Assembly (NCBI GenBank): GCA_041653835.1
Contig: JBAZEP010000006.1
Location: forward strand, 37 to 64,036
Length of the DNA stretch: 64,000 nt
From: Candidatus Omnitrophota bacterium
GTDB lineage: Bacteria; Omnitrophota; Gorgyraeia; Gorgyraeales; Gorgyraeaceae
Reading direction: 5' to 3'
The notes under the pieces are model-generated. The model had not been told where the DNA came from. It made no database searches and worked only from the letters and a program-made list of their open reading frames with translations. Within the stretch, counting starts at the first letter, position 1. The number at the start of each line of letters is the position of its first letter. This document shows, piece after piece, positions 61,704 to 64,000 of the stretch. Position numbers and translations under genes: made by a program.

Positions 61704-61712
61704 AGTGTTTTT

Positions 61713-62270
61713 ATGGAAGCAAAAGAGATAGTCAGGCGAAGAATGAAAATAAAATTGAAAAACCAGAAAGGACTGGAAAGGAGACAAAGAAGTTCGAGAG
61801 TACATAAAAAATTGTTCCTTAGCGAAGATTTTTTGAAGTCTAGATGCGTGATGCTTTATGTTTCCAAGGGGACCGGCGAGGTAGAAACCGGGCCGATAAT
61901 AAAAAAAGCCCTTCGAATGGGCAAAAAAGTAGTTTTACCGGTTACATCGGAGAGGAAAAGGGAGCTAAGACCTGTGTATTTAAGGGATATAAGAAGACTG
62001 GAAAAAGGGCTGTACGGTATTTATGAACCGGAAGGGCCCTCCAATAGAAAATCAGCAGAGATGAGAGATATAGATCTTGTAATAGTGCCCGGAGTTGCTT
62101 TTGACAAAGGCAATAACCGCCTCGGGCGGGGAAAAGGCTATTACGATAATTTTCTGAGGCGCCTTCCAAAAGGCAGGCCTGCGATAGGCCTCGGCTTCAG
62201 CTTCCAACTGCTGGACAATATCCCTACCACAAAAAGAGACGTCCCTCTCACCGGTGTAATAACCGGCTGA
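61713..62270 (+). CDS. 5-formyltetrahydrofolate cyclo-ligase
   Basis: GRGKGYYD motif. Confidence 0.8.
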   Translation: MEAKEIVRRRMKIKLKNQKGLERRQRSSRVHKKLFLSEDFLKSRCVMLYVSKGTGEVETGPIIKKALRMGKKVVLPVTSERKRELRPVYLRDIRRLEKGLYGIYEPEGPSNRKSAEMRDIDLVIVPGVAFDKGNNRLGRGKGYYDNFLRRLPKGRPAIGLGFSFQLLDNIPTTKRDVPLTGVITG

Positions 62271-62310
62271 ACATCACTTTTTATATAAAATAGCTTAGGG
62301 AGGTGTCGGT

Positions 62311-63882
62311 ATGACGTCAAATGTTAAGATAATAATCTACATAGCAGAGGTAGTGCTTTTTATCCTGATATTTTTCGCCGGATATTTCATAAGGAAATTT
62401 TTCGCGGAAAAATATCTCAAGGAAATGGAGGACAGGGCGAAAAAAAGCCTCGAGGATTCCAGGAAGGAATTCGATAACAGGAAGAAAGAAATGGAACTGG
62501 AAGTAAAAGACCTGAGATTCAAAATACAGTCGGATTTCGAGCAGACGACCAAAGACAGGCGGCAGGAACTGTCCAATCTTGAAAAAAGGCTGGTGCAGAA
62601 AGAAGAGAATATAGACCGCAAGGTCGATATCCTTGACAGGAAAGAGAAAGACATAGCGAGGCGCGAGGGCCTCCTGGCAGACAAGGAAAGGTCCCTTGAG
62701 ACAAGGCATAATGAGCTCTCGAAACTTATAGACGAAGAAAAAGTAAAACTGCAGAGGATATCCGGCCTGAGCGTAGAAGAGGCCAAAAAGCTTTTCCTGC
62801 AGAGGATAGAAGCTGACGCGCAAAGAGAGGCGCAGATACTCTTTAAAGAGATAGAGGACAGGGCAAAGGAGTCCGCGGATAAAAAGGCGAAAGAAATACT
62901 TTCGCTCAGTATGCAGAAATGCGCCGCGGAGCATGTTACCAATACAACTGTATCTGTGGTTAACCTGCCGAACGACGAAATGAAAGGCAGGATCATAGGC
63001 AGGGAAGGCAGGAATATCCGCGCGCTTGAAATCGCTACCGGGGTGGATGTAATAATCGATGATACCCCTGAGGCGGTAATACTCTCCGGTTTCGACATAG
63101 TGAAACGCGAGATAGCGAGGATAAGCCTTGAACGGCTACTGCAGGACGGCAGGATCCATCCGGGCCGCATCGAAGAGGTAGTCACTAAAGTCAAACAGGA
63201 AATGGAAACCACTATAAAGGAAGAAGGGGAGCGTACGATTTTTGAATTAGGGCTTCAGAAGGTGCACCCTGAGATAGTAAGGCTCATAGGCAGGCTGAAA
63301 TACAGGACCAGCTACGGCCAGAACGCGCTGCAGCACATGAAAGAAGTCAGCATTATCATGGGCGTGATGGCAGGGGAACTCAACCTGGACGTGACCCTCG
63401 CGAAAAGGATAGGGCTTTTGCATGATATAGGAAAGGCCGTAACTCATGAAGTGGAAGGCCCGCACGCCAAGATAGGCGCGGATCTGGCTAAAAAATACGG
63501 GGAATCCGCGGACATCATAAACGCTATAGCGTCGCATCACGAGGAAGAAGCGCCTAACTCTATTTACGCTGTCCTTCTCCAGGCGGCGGATGCGGTAAGC
63601 GCCACGAGGCCGGGCGCGAGGCGCGAGACACTCGAGAATTATATAAAACGCCTCGAGAAGCTCGAGTCCATCGCGGATTCATTCAAGGGTGTTGAAAAAG
63701 CGTACGCGATCCAGGCGGGCAGGGAGATAAGGGTTGTTGTCCAGCCTGACAAGATAAGCGATCTCCAGGCAATGGGCCTGGCAAGGGAGATAACGAAGAA
63801 GATAGAAGAAGGCCTCGAATATCCCGGCCAGATAAGGGTTACGGTGATACGCGAGACAAGAGCGGTGGAATACGCCAAATGA
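62311..63882 (+). CDS. rny: Ribonuclease Y
   Basis: N-terminal TM, coiled coil, KH ([11 protein letters not shown]) and HD (LHDIGKA) domains. Confidence 0.9.
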   Translation: MTSNVKIIIYIAEVVLFILIFFAGYFIRKFFAEKYLKEMEDRAKKSLEDSRKEFDNRKKEMELEVKDLRFKIQSDFEQTTKDRRQELSNLEKRLVQKEENIDRKVDILDRKEKDIARREGLLADKERSLETRHNELSKLIDEEKVKLQRISGLSVEEAKKLFLQRIEADAQREAQILFKEIEDRAKESADKKAKEILSLSMQKCAAEHVTNTTVSVVNLPNDEMKGRIIGREGRNIRALEIATGVDVIIDDTPEAVILSGFDIVKREIARISLERLLQDGRIHPGRIEEVVTKVKQEMETTIKEEGERTIFELGLQKVHPEIVRLIGRLKYRTSYGQNALQHMKEVSIIMGVMAGELNLDVTLAKRIGLLHDIGKAVTHEVEGPHAKIGADLAKKYGESADIINAIASHHEEEAPNSIYAVLLQAADAVSATRPGARRETLENYIKRLEKLESIADSFKGVEKAYAIQAGREIRVVVQPDKISDLQAMGLAREITKKIEEGLEYPGQIRVTVIRETRAVEYAK

Positions 63883-64000
63883 GAATATTATTGATAGGCG
63901 ATATAGTAGGCAGTCCGGGCAGGGACGCTGTTAAAAAGATAGTGCCGAAACTGCGCAGGGAGAAGTCTATCGATTTTGTGATCGCTAACGCGGAAAACGC
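63879..64000 (+). CDS. YmdB-like metallophosphoesterase (2',3'-cyclic-nucleotide phosphodiesterase family), 5' part only
   Basis: [20 protein letters not shown]; overlaps rny stop (ATGA). Confidence 0.6.
   Translation, partial: MRILLIGDIVGSPGRDAVKKIVPKLRREKSIDFVIANAEN

Noticed and set aside
1-64000. CRISPR arrays, rRNA, IS transposases
   Set aside because: No tandem repeat-spacer structure, no rRNA-like conserved blocks and no transposase-like ORFs were seen. The only recombinase is the island integrase.

Overview
Dense, almost entirely plus-strand bacterial chromosome segment. The V/A-type ATPases, pyruvoyl-dependent arginine decarboxylase (PdaD), PolX, RNase Y/YmdB and a B. subtilis ywl-like sua5-ywlE-rpiB-glyA block suggest an uncultivated, non-proteobacterial lineage.

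Core content, in order:
- 3' end of an Ehr-like respiratory module: a group-4 [NiFe]-hydrogenase-related complex whose Ni-binding cysteines are degenerate.
- A pyrimidine operon (pyrR-pyrB-pyrC-PHP/EndoQ-like-pyrK-pyrD-pyrF-pyrE) behind a consensus promoter and a PyrR-binding attenuator.
- Two tandem V-type ATPase operons of different architecture. The first is Thermus/Enterococcus-like (G-C-I-K-F-E-A-B-D). The second is spirochaete/chlamydia-like (E-hyp-A-B-D-I-K). A uspA gene sits between them.
- tRNA-Val, a GIY-YIG gene and tRNA-Asp.
- A tRNA-Asp integration hotspot holding two tandem islands. Island 1 is about 5.2 kb, 26590..31790, bounded by 17-bp direct repeats of the tRNA 3' end. It carries an iteron-associated winged-helix gene, an AIPR-like gene behind a perfect sigma70 promoter, and a convergent two-gene operon (DUF488 plus a 258-aa unknown). 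It also carries an HTH repressor/excisionase/tyrosine-integrase module with repeated 16-22-bp operator palindromes. Island 2 (31791..33259) is older and degenerate: a frameshifted SGNH hydrolase, ending in a decayed copy of the tRNA-Asp 3' half.
- Three signal-peptide proteins, one with a GHKL ATPase domain and one with a GNAT-like C-terminus.
- yajQ, a polyamine cluster (DHS-like, cupin, agmatinase, PdaD), apbE and tRNA-Phe.
- A purine cluster (purB, purC, purS-purL fusion, purQ, purM, purD, purE).
- An Sua5(YrdC)-LMW-PTP fusion, rpiB, glyA, nrdR, a minus-strand ppiD/surA-like gene, polX, ccdA and a tlpA-like thioredoxin.
- A MetV-like Cys-rich protein, nifU/iscU, 5-formyl-THF cycloligase, rny and the start of ymdB.

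Three intergenic repeat families recur:
- A 41-nt perfect palindrome, CTAATGTCACATTTAAGACACTGTCTTAAATGTGACATTAG, present twice with variants.
- A GTAGGGGG..TCGCGA..CCCCCTAC palindrome, present twice.
- A conserved hairpin-plus-SD leader, CTCGGGACGAATTTT-N7-AAAATTCGG, upstream of atpK and nrdR, with a third inverted copy abutting tRNA-Val.

No CRISPR array and no rRNA were found.
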